This document shows positions 44,627 to 54,339 of a DNA stretch of 64,000 bases, in pieces (position 1 is the stretch's first letter; each line of letters starts with the position of its first letter). Below the pieces are notes generated by a model. The model saw only the letters and a list, made by a program, of their open reading frames with translations. It did no database searches and was not told the origin of the DNA. The translations under genes and the position numbers were made by a program. The DNA is from Candidatus Helarchaeota archaeon. Its GTDB lineage: Archaea; Asgardarchaeota; Lokiarchaeia; Helarchaeales; RDOG01. Location of the stretch: positions 27,698 to 91,697 of the forward strand of contig JALGVI010000006.1 in assembly GCA_029838215.1 (NCBI GenBank). The letters run 5' to 3'.

Positions 44627-45733
44627 ATGCCCAACGTAAAACTAGTAAACATAAAAAAAGTTTTTGGAAAAGACGTGGTTGCGGTTGATGGTGTAAATTT
44701 AGAGGTTCAGGATGGTGAGTATCTTACGTTACTCGGTCCTTCAGGATGCGGTAAAACGACGACGTTTCGCGTTATTGCGGGTTTGGAAAAACAAACGGAA
44801 GGTCAGGTTTTTCTGGACGGCGTGGAAATCAGCGATGTGCCCCCAGAGGATCGTGGAATTGGGATGGTCTTTCAACATTTTGAGATCTTTCCTCATTTGG
44901 ATGTATGGGATAACGTGGCATATTCTTTGAAGATTCGAATATTTCCGAAACGTCAAATCGAAGAACAGGTTCTCAAGGCATTGAAAATGGTAAACATGAT
45001 AGATAGGGCGGGAGCATTCCCCAGGGATTTAAGTGCTCCAGAACTTCAACGGGTCGGAATTGCCCGGGCCATTGCCACGATGTCAAAATTATTATTATTT
45101 GATGAACCTTTGGGATCCCTGGATCAAAGATATAGAGACGAATTTCGAATAGAACTCCGCAGGATCATAAAAGAATTGGGATACACGGCAATACACGTCA
45201 CGCATGATCAAGACGAGGCAATGATGATCAGTGATAGAATCGCCGTAATGCGGCAAGGTAAAATATTGCAAGTAGGAACGCCTACAGAGTTGTACACGCG
45301 TCCGAATAGCATATTTGTTGCCAACTTTATTGGTGAATCTAATTTCTTCAATGGAATGATCATTAAAAAAAATGAAACCGGAGTTAAAATTCGAATGCGA
45401 GCAGGAGGACCCGTCATACAAACTTCAGATAATTCAAGAAATATTGGGGAATCAGTTGTTTTTTCCATTCGTAAAGAATTTGTAAAACTACATCCGCTCG
45501 GTTCCAATGATCCTTATACGATCGAAGGAGAAATTCAGGAAATTTCTTTCTTAGGCTCGTATTTACGCGTCTACATCACCTTGAAAAATTTGGACTCTGT
45601 CGAAGCAAAGATTACATATCCACCAAGATTTCCCATTCAAGTAGGAGATCGAGTGCGCATTAAGTTTCATCCCAAGAATATCATGGTATATGATTATCCG
45701 AAGAATTTAGAGTATGAATTAGCTCTTGAATAA
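44627..45733 (+). CDS. ABC transporter ATP-binding protein with a TOBE-like C-terminal domain
   Basis: GPSGCGKTT (Walker A), LSAPELQRVGIARA (signature variant), LLLFDEPLGSLD (Walker B). Confidence 0.9.
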   Translation: MPNVKLVNIKKVFGKDVVAVDGVNLEVQDGEYLTLLGPSGCGKTTTFRVIAGLEKQTEGQVFLDGVEISDVPPEDRGIGMVFQHFEIFPHLDVWDNVAYSLKIRIFPKRQIEEQVLKALKMVNMIDRAGAFPRDLSAPELQRVGIARAIATMSKLLLFDEPLGSLDQRYRDEFRIELRRIIKELGYTAIHVTHDQDEAMMISDRIAVMRQGKILQVGTPTELYTRPNSIFVANFIGESNFFNGMIIKKNETGVKIRMRAGGPVIQTSDNSRNIGESVVFSIRKEFVKLHPLGSNDPYTIEGEIQEISFLGSYLRVYITLKNLDSVEAKITYPPRFPIQVGDRVRIKFHPKNIMVYDYPKNLEYELALE

Positions 45734-45745
45734 AGAGGCAAGAAG

Positions 45746-46861
45746 ATGCCAGAAGTTAGGTTGGATAACATCAATAAGTCATTTCGTGGACAACAGATCC
45801 TGAAAAACATATCTTTCGATGTCAAGCAGGGAGAATATTTTACCGTATGTGGACAGACAGGAGCGGGAAAGAGTACCCTACTCAAAATAATTGCAGGGTT
45901 GGTGGAACCAGATTCTGGCGAGATTTACTTAGATGATAAATGCATCAATAAAGTTCCGCCTGAGGATCGCGGCATTGGGATGGTTTTTGAGCATAAAACT
46001 TATGCCCTATTTCCGCATCTAACAATTCTCGAAAACGTGGGATATGGATTGCGCGTGAAGGGCGAAAATTTGGATGAAGTTCGAGAGATTGCCAGGCAAA
46101 TGCTTGAATTGGTTCTCTTAGAAAAACGTGCAAATGCGTATCCAAGCGAGTGTAGCGGGGGAATGAAACAACGTGTCGCCTTAGCACGGGCATTAGTTAT
46201 TTCCAATTTGAAAACGGGATTGATCCTGCTCGATGAACCGCTTTCGGCTTTGGATGCAAAGATCAGGATGGATTTACGTCATCAACTCACGCGGTTAGTC
46301 AGAGAATTGAAAGTAACATGCATCCACGTTACACAAGATACTGAAGAAGCATTAATGATATCAGATCGGATTGCAATAATCAATAAGGGAGAAATCATTC
46401 AAATTGGAACGCCATTGGAGCTCTATGAACGACCAATCAATCTATTTGTTTGTCGATTTCTAAGCCTTTCGAATTTCTTTGAAGGAAAAATCAAAAAACA
46501 TGGTGAAAAATTGACAGAGATTGAATTGAAAAACGGCAAAGTAATAAAAATACGTCGATCCTCTTACCCCAAAGGTTCAATAGTTGTCGTTGCCGTTCGT
46601 GCAGAAAACATCATGGTTCATCATGAACGCGATCCTTCAATCATGAATTTGTTAGAGGGCACGGTTCGAACGTCTAAATTCGTTAGCGGGAACAATATTG
46701 AAGAAATAGAAATAGCTGAAAATCAAATAATATTCTCGAAAAGGCACGCCACGCAAATCTGGTCAGAACCCGGCGATAAAGTCTGTATTTCTTTCAAGCC
46801 AGAAAGAACATTGATTTTTCCGTATCCGGAAGAAGGACTTGAAAAAGCACTAATGCTATAA
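45746..46861 (+). CDS. Second ABC transporter ATP-binding protein with a TOBE-like C-terminal domain
   Basis: GQTGAGKST (Walker A), CSGGMKQRVALARA (signature), LILLDEPLSALD (Walker B). Confidence 0.9.
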   Translation: MPEVRLDNINKSFRGQQILKNISFDVKQGEYFTVCGQTGAGKSTLLKIIAGLVEPDSGEIYLDDKCINKVPPEDRGIGMVFEHKTYALFPHLTILENVGYGLRVKGENLDEVREIARQMLELVLLEKRANAYPSECSGGMKQRVALARALVISNLKTGLILLDEPLSALDAKIRMDLRHQLTRLVRELKVTCIHVTQDTEEALMISDRIAIINKGEIIQIGTPLELYERPINLFVCRFLSLSNFFEGKIKKHGEKLTEIELKNGKVIKIRRSSYPKGSIVVVAVRAENIMVHHERDPSIMNLLEGTVRTSKFVSGNNIEEIEIAENQIIFSKRHATQIWSEPGDKVCISFKPERTLIFPYPEEGLEKALML

Positions 46862-46907
46862 ATGTATTGTTAAAAAATAAAGATTTAATTAAAAAAAATG
46901 GAAAAAT

Positions 46908-47468
46908 TTAATCTCCGCTAAAACCTAATTCTTCAATCTCTTCTAGAAGTAGTTGGACGGCTTGTTGCACGTCTTCCTCGCTCTTGGCACCAACGCATAC
47001 GATTTTCCCAGAGGCAAAAATTAAAAATACAACCTTTGGATTCTGCATGCGGTAAATTAATCCGGGAAAAACTTCAGGCTCGTATAATGCTCTTTCTAAA
47101 CTAATTGACATTAAATCAAGATTTAACTTCAGGTTTAAATCTCCACTTGCTACGATATTTTGGATTTTTATTTCGGGTTCACTTTTGATTTTAGCACCGT
47201 ATTTACTGATGACCTTCAACACTTTTTGCGTGATCGGTCCGACATCTTTTTCCTTTTTGAGTCCTGTCAAGACCAACTTGCCCGTACTAAAAACTAAGAT
47301 GGTGCTCTTGGGTGCTTGAATTCGATAAATCAATCCGGGAAAAGTATCAGGATTATATTCCGTATGCTTGTTCTTCATTGCGATATTATTCAAATCTATT
47401 AAATTTTCTATATCAAATCGAACGCTTGCTACGATATTGACGATTTTATACGTTGGTTTTGGGGTCAT
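46908..47468 (-). CDS. tbp: TATA-box-binding protein
   Basis: Two TBP repeats: NIVASV...FPGLIYRIQAPKSTILVFSTGKLVLTG and NIVASG...FPGLIYRMQNPKVVFLIFASGKIVCVGAK. Confidence 0.92.
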   Translation of the reverse strand: MTPKPTYKIVNIVASVRFDIENLIDLNNIAMKNKHTEYNPDTFPGLIYRIQAPKSTILVFSTGKLVLTGLKKEKDVGPITQKVLKVISKYGAKIKSEPEIKIQNIVASGDLNLKLNLDLMSISLERALYEPEVFPGLIYRMQNPKVVFLIFASGKIVCVGAKSEEDVQQAVQLLLEEIEELGFSGD

Positions 47469-47690
47469 TCATGCATTCCTCTCATTTAACTAACTTTAAA
47501 TCCACAAAATTCAAAAAACGAAATTTTATTTATAAACTTTATATACTTTAAAAATAGAAAAGAATTTCATTTATAAATCTTCTATCTCGATATCTTAAAA
47601 AAGAGATGAAATTGGTATTTATTTTATTTTTTCATCTCATGAATTCAGGGTTAAAATGCGAGAATTTCAAGTTTTCAAGGCGATAATTGC

Positions 47691-48835
47691 ATGACAGATG
47701 AAAATCGGTATGAATCAAGAGGTGTTTCTGCGACAAAAGATGATGTAAAGAATGCCATTAAAGAAATCGATAAAGGATTATTCCCGAAAGCGTTTTGCAA
47801 GATCGTTCCCGATCAAATTGGCGGAGATCCTGCATATTGTAATGTTTTTCATGCTGATGGTGCAGGAACTAAAACATCTCTGGCGTATATATATTATAAA
47901 GAGACAGGCGAATTGTCATGAACCTCGATGATGTTCTTTGTGTTGGCGCAACCAATAATTTTCTAATATCAAATGTAATAGATCGTAATAAAAACTTGAT
48001 TCCGGGAGAAGTTATTTCAGCCATAATAAAGGGTTATGAAACGTTTTGCTCGCGTTTACGGGAAATGGACGTGCAAATTTTCTTAACAGGCGGAGAAACT
48101 GCTGACGTTGGTGATTTAGTAAGAACCATTGCTTGTAATTCCACGATTATTACTCGGATGAAGAGAGAAAATGTAATAACAGGAGAAAATATACGGGGAA
48201 ATGAAGTGATCGTTGGTTTTTCGAGCACGGGACAAGCAAGTTACGAAAGTGAAATCAATAGTGGAATGGGAAGTAATGGTTTAACAATGGCACGTCATGA
48301 AATGCTATCGCGAATTTATGCCGAAAAATATCCTGAAAGTTATGATAACGTCCATTTAACGGATTTGGCATATACCGGACCTCACGAATTATTGGAAACC
48401 ATTCCAGAATTAAAGATGAACGTTGGAAAAGCATTGCTCTCGCCAACACGAACATATGCACCCATAGTTCGTAAGATCTTGGATAGATTTCGAACAAGTA
48501 TTTCTGCCATCGTCCACAATACAGGCGGTGGCCAAACGAAATGCCTGCACTTCGGAGAAGGTATCCATTACATTAAAAACGATCTATTTCCAACGCCTGT
48601 TTTGTTTCGAATGATTCAGGAAGCATCAAATGCAAGTTGGAAAGAAATGTATCAGGTTTTTAACATGGGTCACCGACTTGAAATCTTGTGTGATGAATCT
48701 CTAGCAAAGGAAATCATTCAAATCGCAAAAGAATATAAGGTTGAGGCAAGAATTATAGGACATTGTGAGCAAGCACGAATGAAAAACAAACTAACCATTC
48801 AAAGTGAATACGGTGAATACACGTACATGGTTTGA
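47691..48835 (+). pseudogene. AIR-synthase-related (PurM-like) gene interrupted into two ORFs (47691..47921 and 47918..48835)
   Basis: The N-terminal piece ends ...HADGAGTKTSLAYIYYKETGELS*. The second ORF starts MNLDDVLCVGA...TGGETADVGD... The pieces are in different frames and overlap by ATGA. The family call is firm; pseudogene status is uncertain. Confidence 0.55.
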
Positions 48836-48852
48836 AGTTTGGAAGTGAGAAA

Positions 48853-49272
48853 ATGGAAGAAGAACGAAAAAAATCTGAAAAAGAAGAATTTAGAGAACCG
48901 GAGCTTTCAGACTTTGAAAAAAAGGAAATATCCAAATTTCAAGGAATGAGAACCAAAGTTCAAATCTCCGAAGATGAAAAAAAACGCCTAGAAGAACTTG
49001 CCAGGGCTGCTGAAGAAATCAAATTAACAAATGATGAAGCCACAGTATTGGACATGCTGACACGCCGCAAATTTCTTGATCAAATCGTTCGAGAGTTTAA
49101 TCTCGCCTTGAGACCACTGGGAAAGCCTCTTTATAGTCCTGAAAAAATCAAGGAAATTTTAAATTCATTAGAAGATAAAAAGCAAGTTAAAAAAATAACC
49201 GTAAATGAAAAAGAAGTTTGGATAAGCACGGAGCATTATAGTGAGAAATTATTTGGAACCGATCGCTTATAA
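48853..49272 (+). CDS. Hypothetical protein (charged N-terminus, possible winged-helix C-terminus)
   Basis: ORF opens at TTG 48832; the first ATG is at 48853 (MEEERKK...). No motif recognised. Confidence 0.45.
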   Translation: MEEERKKSEKEEFREPELSDFEKKEISKFQGMRTKVQISEDEKKRLEELARAAEEIKLTNDEATVLDMLTRRKFLDQIVREFNLALRPLGKPLYSPEKIKEILNSLEDKKQVKKITVNEKEVWISTEHYSEKLFGTDRL

Positions 49273-49278
49273 AGAACG

Positions 49279-49806
49279 TCATTTATTGACAGACGCAGCA
49301 CATTGCTTTGCAATTTCTTCAAACGCTTCAGCTACGTTAAGCCCATCTTTTGCAGAGGTCAGAAAATAAGGAATGCCTAATTCTCTCGCTTTTTTTGCCA
49401 CGTCTGACTCGGGCACCAGCTCAACATCCGTCAAGTCAGATTTATTTGCCATTATCACGCTTGGAACGGGACCTCGTGCACCTTTCTCCAAGTCATCTTT
49501 CCATTTATTAACCGAGTCAAAAGTCTCACGCCTACTTCGATCGAAGACCAAAACACCAGCATGTGCTCCCTGGTAATAAAAAGTGCGGATGGCACCAAAC
49601 CGATCATGACCACCAATATCCCAAACCGTTAAAACAACTTCCATGTCCTGTAATTCAACGATCTTGAGATTAAAATCTGCACCAATTGTAGGGAGATAAC
49701 TGCTGTCGAATTTGTCATCAGAATAACGGCGAATCAATGATGTCTTTCCTACAGACGGATCTCCAATAACTATAACCTTGAAGGCCAATTTTTTCTGTTC
49801 TGTCAT
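49279..49806 (-). CDS. Ras/Rab-like small GTPase
   Basis: G1 GDPSVGKTS, G3 WDIGGHDRF, G4 NKSDL, G5 TSAK; 175 aa. Confidence 0.85.
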   Translation of the reverse strand: MTEQKKLAFKVIVIGDPSVGKTSLIRRYSDDKFDSSYLPTIGADFNLKIVELQDMEVVLTVWDIGGHDRFGAIRTFYYQGAHAGVLVFDRSRRETFDSVNKWKDDLEKGARGPVPSVIMANKSDLTDVELVPESDVAKKARELGIPYFLTSAKDGLNVAEAFEEIAKQCAASVNK

Positions 49807-49900
49807 CGCATAGCTCCCCTAAAATTCATGATAACATCAAATCTTGCTGGAAAATCCCAAGAAAGAATTTCCTTTCTTGATGAAGAATTTTATTTTTTTG

Positions 49901-49931
49901 AATCTATTAATAATTTAAATCTATTAATAAT
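49901..49931. repeat. 14-nt direct repeat, two copies (aatctattaataat), period 17 nt
   Basis: Read directly at 49901-49914 and 49918-49931, in the divergent intergenic region between the GTPase gene and the zinc-ribbon gene. Confidence 0.8.
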
Positions 49932-50059
49932 ATAGAGATCTTTCATAATTTTTATACTTAATGTTTCGCCCTTCCTCGCTAAAATAACATGGGACATCAA
50001 GAAACAAAAAAGATTACTTAAAATTAATGAAATGAGCAAAACTTCAGCCCATTTATGGA

Positions 50060-50323
50060 GTGTTTGAGTTGAAAAAAACGTGGAGATGGATCATTTTTTT
50101 AGCCTGCGTGGTGCTTTCCATCCTTTCACTCGTGCTCTTCTTTGTAGGATTTCCGCTTCTATTGTTTTTCTTGATTTTTCCACCGATCATATTTTTTGGA
50201 GATTCAAATAAATCAACAAAAAAGCAAGTCTCGAGTTATTGCATGATTTGTGGTTCGAGAATTCAAGAACGTGATAACTTTTGTTCAAATTGCGGCGAGA
50301 AAATTGAACGAGAGGAACGATAG
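50060..50323 (+). CDS. Membrane-anchored zinc-ribbon protein
   Basis: Two hydrophobic spans, then CMICGSRIQERDNFCSNCG (CxxC...CxxC). GTG start. Its stop abuts the next gene. Confidence 0.5.
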   Translation: MFELKKTWRWIIFLACVVLSILSLVLFFVGFPLLLFFLIFPPIIFFGDSNKSTKKQVSSYCMICGSRIQERDNFCSNCGEKIEREER

Positions 50324-51082
50324 ATGTATTTTGACGTTCACAATCACTTATGTCAGTATAAAAATCCAGAAGAAATCATCATGCAAAGCAAGTCCATAGG
50401 AGTGACTATTTTTGCGGTTTCGATGTCGTTAAAAGACTGCTTAAGAACGCTTCAATTGGCGGGTGCGCACGCGAATGTCAGGGCATTTTTAGGTTTTCAT
50501 CCGATGCACGTTGCAGGGAAGAAGTTTCGGATGGAATTTCTTGAAAAAGTGGACGCGCTTCTCGAAAAACAAATCCATCAAGTTGCCGGAATTGGTGAAA
50601 TCGGCTTGGACAAGTACTTCTTCAAGGAGAAAAATTTTGACAGGCAATTGAAGGTTTTTGATTTTTTTCTCAATAAAGCAGAAGAGCTTCGGCTTGGAGT
50701 GACGATTCACGGAAAAGATGCAGAAAGAGAAGTTTTTCAAGCATTATCAACGCACGATATTCACCCGATTGCAATACACTGGTATTCTGGACCTGAAGAC
50801 CTGTTGAAAGTCGGTGTTGATAGGGGATATTTCTTCTCCCTCACGCCAGCCATTAAAACTTCACCAAAACATCGACACGTGGCAGAATTCGTCCCACTTG
50901 ATTTATTATTGACCGAAACAGATGGACCATACAAATTCAGGGATGAACACGGAAGAAAAACCATAGAAGGCGTTCCAATGATGATTCCCGATATCGTTAA
51001 TGAGATTGGTGAGATTAAGGGGAAAGATTTCGAAGAGGTTCGCACGCAATTAGCCGAAAATGCCAAAAAATTTTTAAAATGA
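50324..51082 (+). CDS. TatD-family metal-dependent hydrolase
   Basis: MYFDVHNHL (HxH), GEIGLD, VTIHG, IHWYSG, LTETDGP. Confidence 0.8.
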   Translation: MYFDVHNHLCQYKNPEEIIMQSKSIGVTIFAVSMSLKDCLRTLQLAGAHANVRAFLGFHPMHVAGKKFRMEFLEKVDALLEKQIHQVAGIGEIGLDKYFFKEKNFDRQLKVFDFFLNKAEELRLGVTIHGKDAEREVFQALSTHDIHPIAIHWYSGPEDLLKVGVDRGYFFSLTPAIKTSPKHRHVAEFVPLDLLLTETDGPYKFRDEHGRKTIEGVPMMIPDIVNEIGEIKGKDFEEVRTQLAENAKKFLK

Positions 51083-51179
51083 TTTATTAAATGACGGATC
51101 TCACCGAGACTTTTATACAAAATTTTATATTCTTAACAAGCAAACAAATAATCCAAGAGATAATTTTCTATTTGGTGGT

Positions 51180-52181
51180 TTGATGTCTGAAAATGAAACA
51201 CGTTTATCAAACACGTTTCTCATTCTCGTCTTGATCACGTGGTCTGCAATACTTGCAATAGGGCTAATTCTCATCTTCCTGAACATGAATATTGCGATTG
51301 GTGCTTTAGGTCAGAGTAATATTGTAGTTGTTCTTCTTTTCAATGTCATCACGATCATGGGAGATACATTCGTGATGATAATACTCTTAGCACTTTTATT
51401 TTACCTTTACGATAAGAAATTTGCCATAAAGATGGGAGTTCTTCTCATCACATCAGCGTATTTGAACGATTTCTTAAAAGATTGCCTGAGAGATCCAAGA
51501 CCACCCACGAACGCGTCTGCACTTGTTCCTGGATCGGGGTACGGTGCACCTTCAGGTCATACTCAAGGTGCCGTCGTAACCTATGGATTGATTGCACATG
51601 AATTCAAGGATGTCGGCAAGAAATACATCGTTCCCATTCTTCTCACGATCTTGATCAGTCTAATTGCAATTTCAAGAGTCCTCATAGGAGTTCATGACGT
51701 TCAAGACGTGATGCTTGGGGCCTTGATAGGAATTCCATTCTTGGTGACATTCATTTTAGTGGAACCTTACGTGTCGGAGAAAATTTCGGAATTAAGTCTT
51801 AACATGAAATGTCTCCTGTGCATAATCCCGCCCGTATTGATGTTCATCATTGCGCTCATCATCTTTGAAGGAGTGTTTCAGGTCTTGCCTTCTTATGGTG
51901 ATTTTGGAATGCTGTGCGGTGCCTTGCTTGGAATCACGCTCGGTTATGTTTTGGAAAAAGAATACGTGGACCTTGAAAAAGATGTTTCTTTATTACGGAA
52001 AATAATACGTCTCATCATTGCAGGTTTTCCTGCCGCCCTGGCTTATGTCGTCCTTAAAGTGCTTGATTTGGCAGCGATAAGCAGTCTTCTCGATCAACTG
52101 ATTTCATTTGCAGTCTTTGTTGGCATCGGTTTCTTTGTAATTTTCCTCGCAGGATATATCTTCAAAAAAATAAATCTTTAA
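51180..52181 (+). CDS. PAP2-family membrane phosphatase
   Basis: KDCLRDPRPP, PSGHT, SRVLIGVHDVQDV (the three PAP2 motifs). TTG 51180 / ATG 51183. Confidence 0.75.
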   Translation: MMSENETRLSNTFLILVLITWSAILAIGLILIFLNMNIAIGALGQSNIVVVLLFNVITIMGDTFVMIILLALLFYLYDKKFAIKMGVLLITSAYLNDFLKDCLRDPRPPTNASALVPGSGYGAPSGHTQGAVVTYGLIAHEFKDVGKKYIVPILLTILISLIAISRVLIGVHDVQDVMLGALIGIPFLVTFILVEPYVSEKISELSLNMKCLLCIIPPVLMFIIALIIFEGVFQVLPSYGDFGMLCGALLGITLGYVLEKEYVDLEKDVSLLRKIIRLIIAGFPAALAYVVLKVLDLAAISSLLDQLISFAVFVGIGFFVIFLAGYIFKKINL

Positions 52182-52236
52182 ATTCTTTTTTTCTATTGAT
52201 CAACTAACACGGCTTGAAGAGGAGCATGAGAAAAGA

Positions 52237-53208
52237 ATGCAAGAAAATAGCGACGATCCTAACAACGAGCAAGATAAGGTTCAAAACTCTTCGAGCTGGT
52301 CTCATTTAATTGAAATAAGCAAAAAGTATTACGTTCAAGCCTTAATAGGTATTGGAATGACCATTTTTGCAATAATTTTCAACTACGTGGTCGACATTTC
52401 ATCGTTCATGGATTTTGACATTTATTACAATAATTGTCAGTTGGTCCTGCAAACGGGTAACCTAAATTTTCTATATTTTGATTTTTCACAACTGCGATTC
52501 CCGTATCTTCCCATATCTTTCCTCTTTCTATTTCCCTTTGCTTTGTTACCGTATTTTGTTTCCATTCATCTTTTTATTTGGATGGAAATTATCTTCTATA
52601 ACTTGGCAATATTCATTCTTCACAAGATCGACCCAAGGATTTCTTTTTTCTCATCTTTTCTAGTCGTTGGATTGCTGGTAGATATCGGGACCGCTAACTT
52701 GGATTGTTTAATTTTCTTGCTGGTGGCTCTCGCTTGTTACATGATTAATCGAAATACGGAGAAGAAGGCAATTAAAAGCGTAGAATATGCTACAAGCACG
52801 TTTTTCTTCAGCGGCTCTTTAATGAAAACGACCACGTTATTGTTATATCCTTATTTATTAATCAAGTCGGATGAAAAATTAAGATATTTTCTTGAATCCA
52901 TTATAGTTTTATTCGTGACGATCATCCTACCTTTCCTATTCGTTCCGGGACTCCTCTTCAGTTACGTGGAGGACCTGAGATTCATGTCAAAAACATATGG
53001 AACGTTTTTTATTCGCGGCCCTCACTTCACCTTCCTTGTCCCGATCGGCTTCTTTTATGCGACTTTGCTCCGCAAGTACAAGAGACTTGCAAGATATGAA
53101 ATTTTGGTGATTTTGGGCTTGAGTATTCTCCATTTAGTATTCTTATTCTTGCAAATGGGATACTATATTTTAGTTCGGCCGAATATTTTTGGAATTACTT
53201 TTCTTTAA
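52237..53208 (+). CDS. Polytopic membrane protein (possible GT-C-type glycosyltransferase; not established)
   Basis: 323 aa with ~9 hydrophobic spans. No diagnostic motif identified. Confidence 0.45.
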   Translation: MQENSDDPNNEQDKVQNSSSWSHLIEISKKYYVQALIGIGMTIFAIIFNYVVDISSFMDFDIYYNNCQLVLQTGNLNFLYFDFSQLRFPYLPISFLFLFPFALLPYFVSIHLFIWMEIIFYNLAIFILHKIDPRISFFSSFLVVGLLVDIGTANLDCLIFLLVALACYMINRNTEKKAIKSVEYATSTFFFSGSLMKTTTLLLYPYLLIKSDEKLRYFLESIIVLFVTIILPFLFVPGLLFSYVEDLRFMSKTYGTFFIRGPHFTFLVPIGFFYATLLRKYKRLARYEILVILGLSILHLVFLFLQMGYYILVRPNIFGITFL

Positions 53209-53616
53209 TTATCAAATTCATTGAAAAAATGAGAAAAATAAAGTTAAATAATGAGTTTAATTCTTAATACTATTGAAAACATATTCACTTCGAATGGAAG
53301 CGATCGTGAAAGCTAATTGAACGTGAATATTTGCAGAACTTAAAGTTGGATCGCTCAAACTATCATCATACATGTCGCGTAGTCCATTTAATGCATTTCT
53401 TACCAAAACCGGGGATACAGGACAAGACATAAACATCACTTCTTTTGTTCTTCTGTGTTACAATAACACACCCACACTATTTAAACCTTTCTCAAAAATT
53501 TTGAATTCTCAAGTTTTCAAGGTTTTGTTTAAAATTTGAAATCATCTTCTTTATTCAAGCCATCAACTTGAAGAAAATTATTAATACGAGACGGCATTAA
53601 TAAAAGATTGATATCA

Positions 53617-54339
53617 ATGACTTCCACCATCAAAGAAATGGCTAAGAATTGGAAAAATTCCGTTTTGGACTTCTCAAAATTTCTCTTGGAACGTTTAAAA
53701 GAGGATATTTTCAGCATTATTTTATTTGGGAGTTTGATTGAAAATCAAGTTACTAGAAATAGCGATATTGACATTTTAGTAATTCATTTTGGAGATAAAA
53801 ACGTGGAAAATAAAATCCACGAGCTTACATTTCAATTCATTTCTGAGAAACAAGTTCCGATTGAAGTTGTATTATATAACGTGTTTGATTACTTGTTTAA
53901 TCCATCCTATTTTCTTATCAACATCCGGAAAAAAGGAGATGTCTTATTCATGGTAGATGATCAAGTTGCGAAAAAGAAGATAATAAAAGCCTTATTTAAT
54001 CTTTCAAGATCCTTTCAAGAAGATGCCACCGAATGTTTCAAAATGAAAAGATATCGAGCAACCATCGATTTGGGATATAACTCCATTGAATTAGCAGTAA
54101 AGGGTCTTTTACTAAAAGAAAAGGATGATTTGCCAGGTTCTCACGGTGGTTTGATAGCAAAGTTTGGTGAATTATTCGTTCTAACAAACAAAATTCCAAA
54201 CGAAATTGGAAAAAAGATCAACCAGGCTCTTGCAAGTAGAAATAAGGCAAGATATGACCCTGAAGTCGTAATCACGGAAAACGATAGCAAATTCATCTTG
54301 GATTTAAGGGACGAACTTGAACAATATCTTTCTACATGA
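53617..54339 (+). CDS. Fused minimal-nucleotidyltransferase and HEPN-like protein
   Basis: LFGSLIENQVTRNSDIDILVI (GSx10-12DxD NTase motif). Helical C-terminal half with ...LASRNKARYD... ORF opens at TTG 53608. Confidence 0.65.
   Translation: MTSTIKEMAKNWKNSVLDFSKFLLERLKEDIFSIILFGSLIENQVTRNSDIDILVIHFGDKNVENKIHELTFQFISEKQVPIEVVLYNVFDYLFNPSYFLINIRKKGDVLFMVDDQVAKKKIIKALFNLSRSFQEDATECFKMKRYRATIDLGYNSIELAVKGLLLKEKDDLPGSHGGLIAKFGELFVLTNKIPNEIGKKINQALASRNKARYDPEVVITENDSKFILDLRDELEQYLST

Noticed and set aside
47603-47638. 9-bp inverted repeat (gagatgaaa ... tttcatctc, 18-nt loop) in the TBP/PurM-like divergent intergenic region
   Set aside because: Inverted repeats of this length with a free loop size are expected several times by chance in 64 kb of AT-rich DNA. 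There is no second copy or other supporting context.
53454-53470. 7+3+7 palindrome TGTGTTA-CAA-TAACACA upstream of a doubtful 60-aa ORF (53257..53439)
   Set aside because: Chance expectation for 7-bp arms in this window is greater than 1, and the adjacent ORF has no support.
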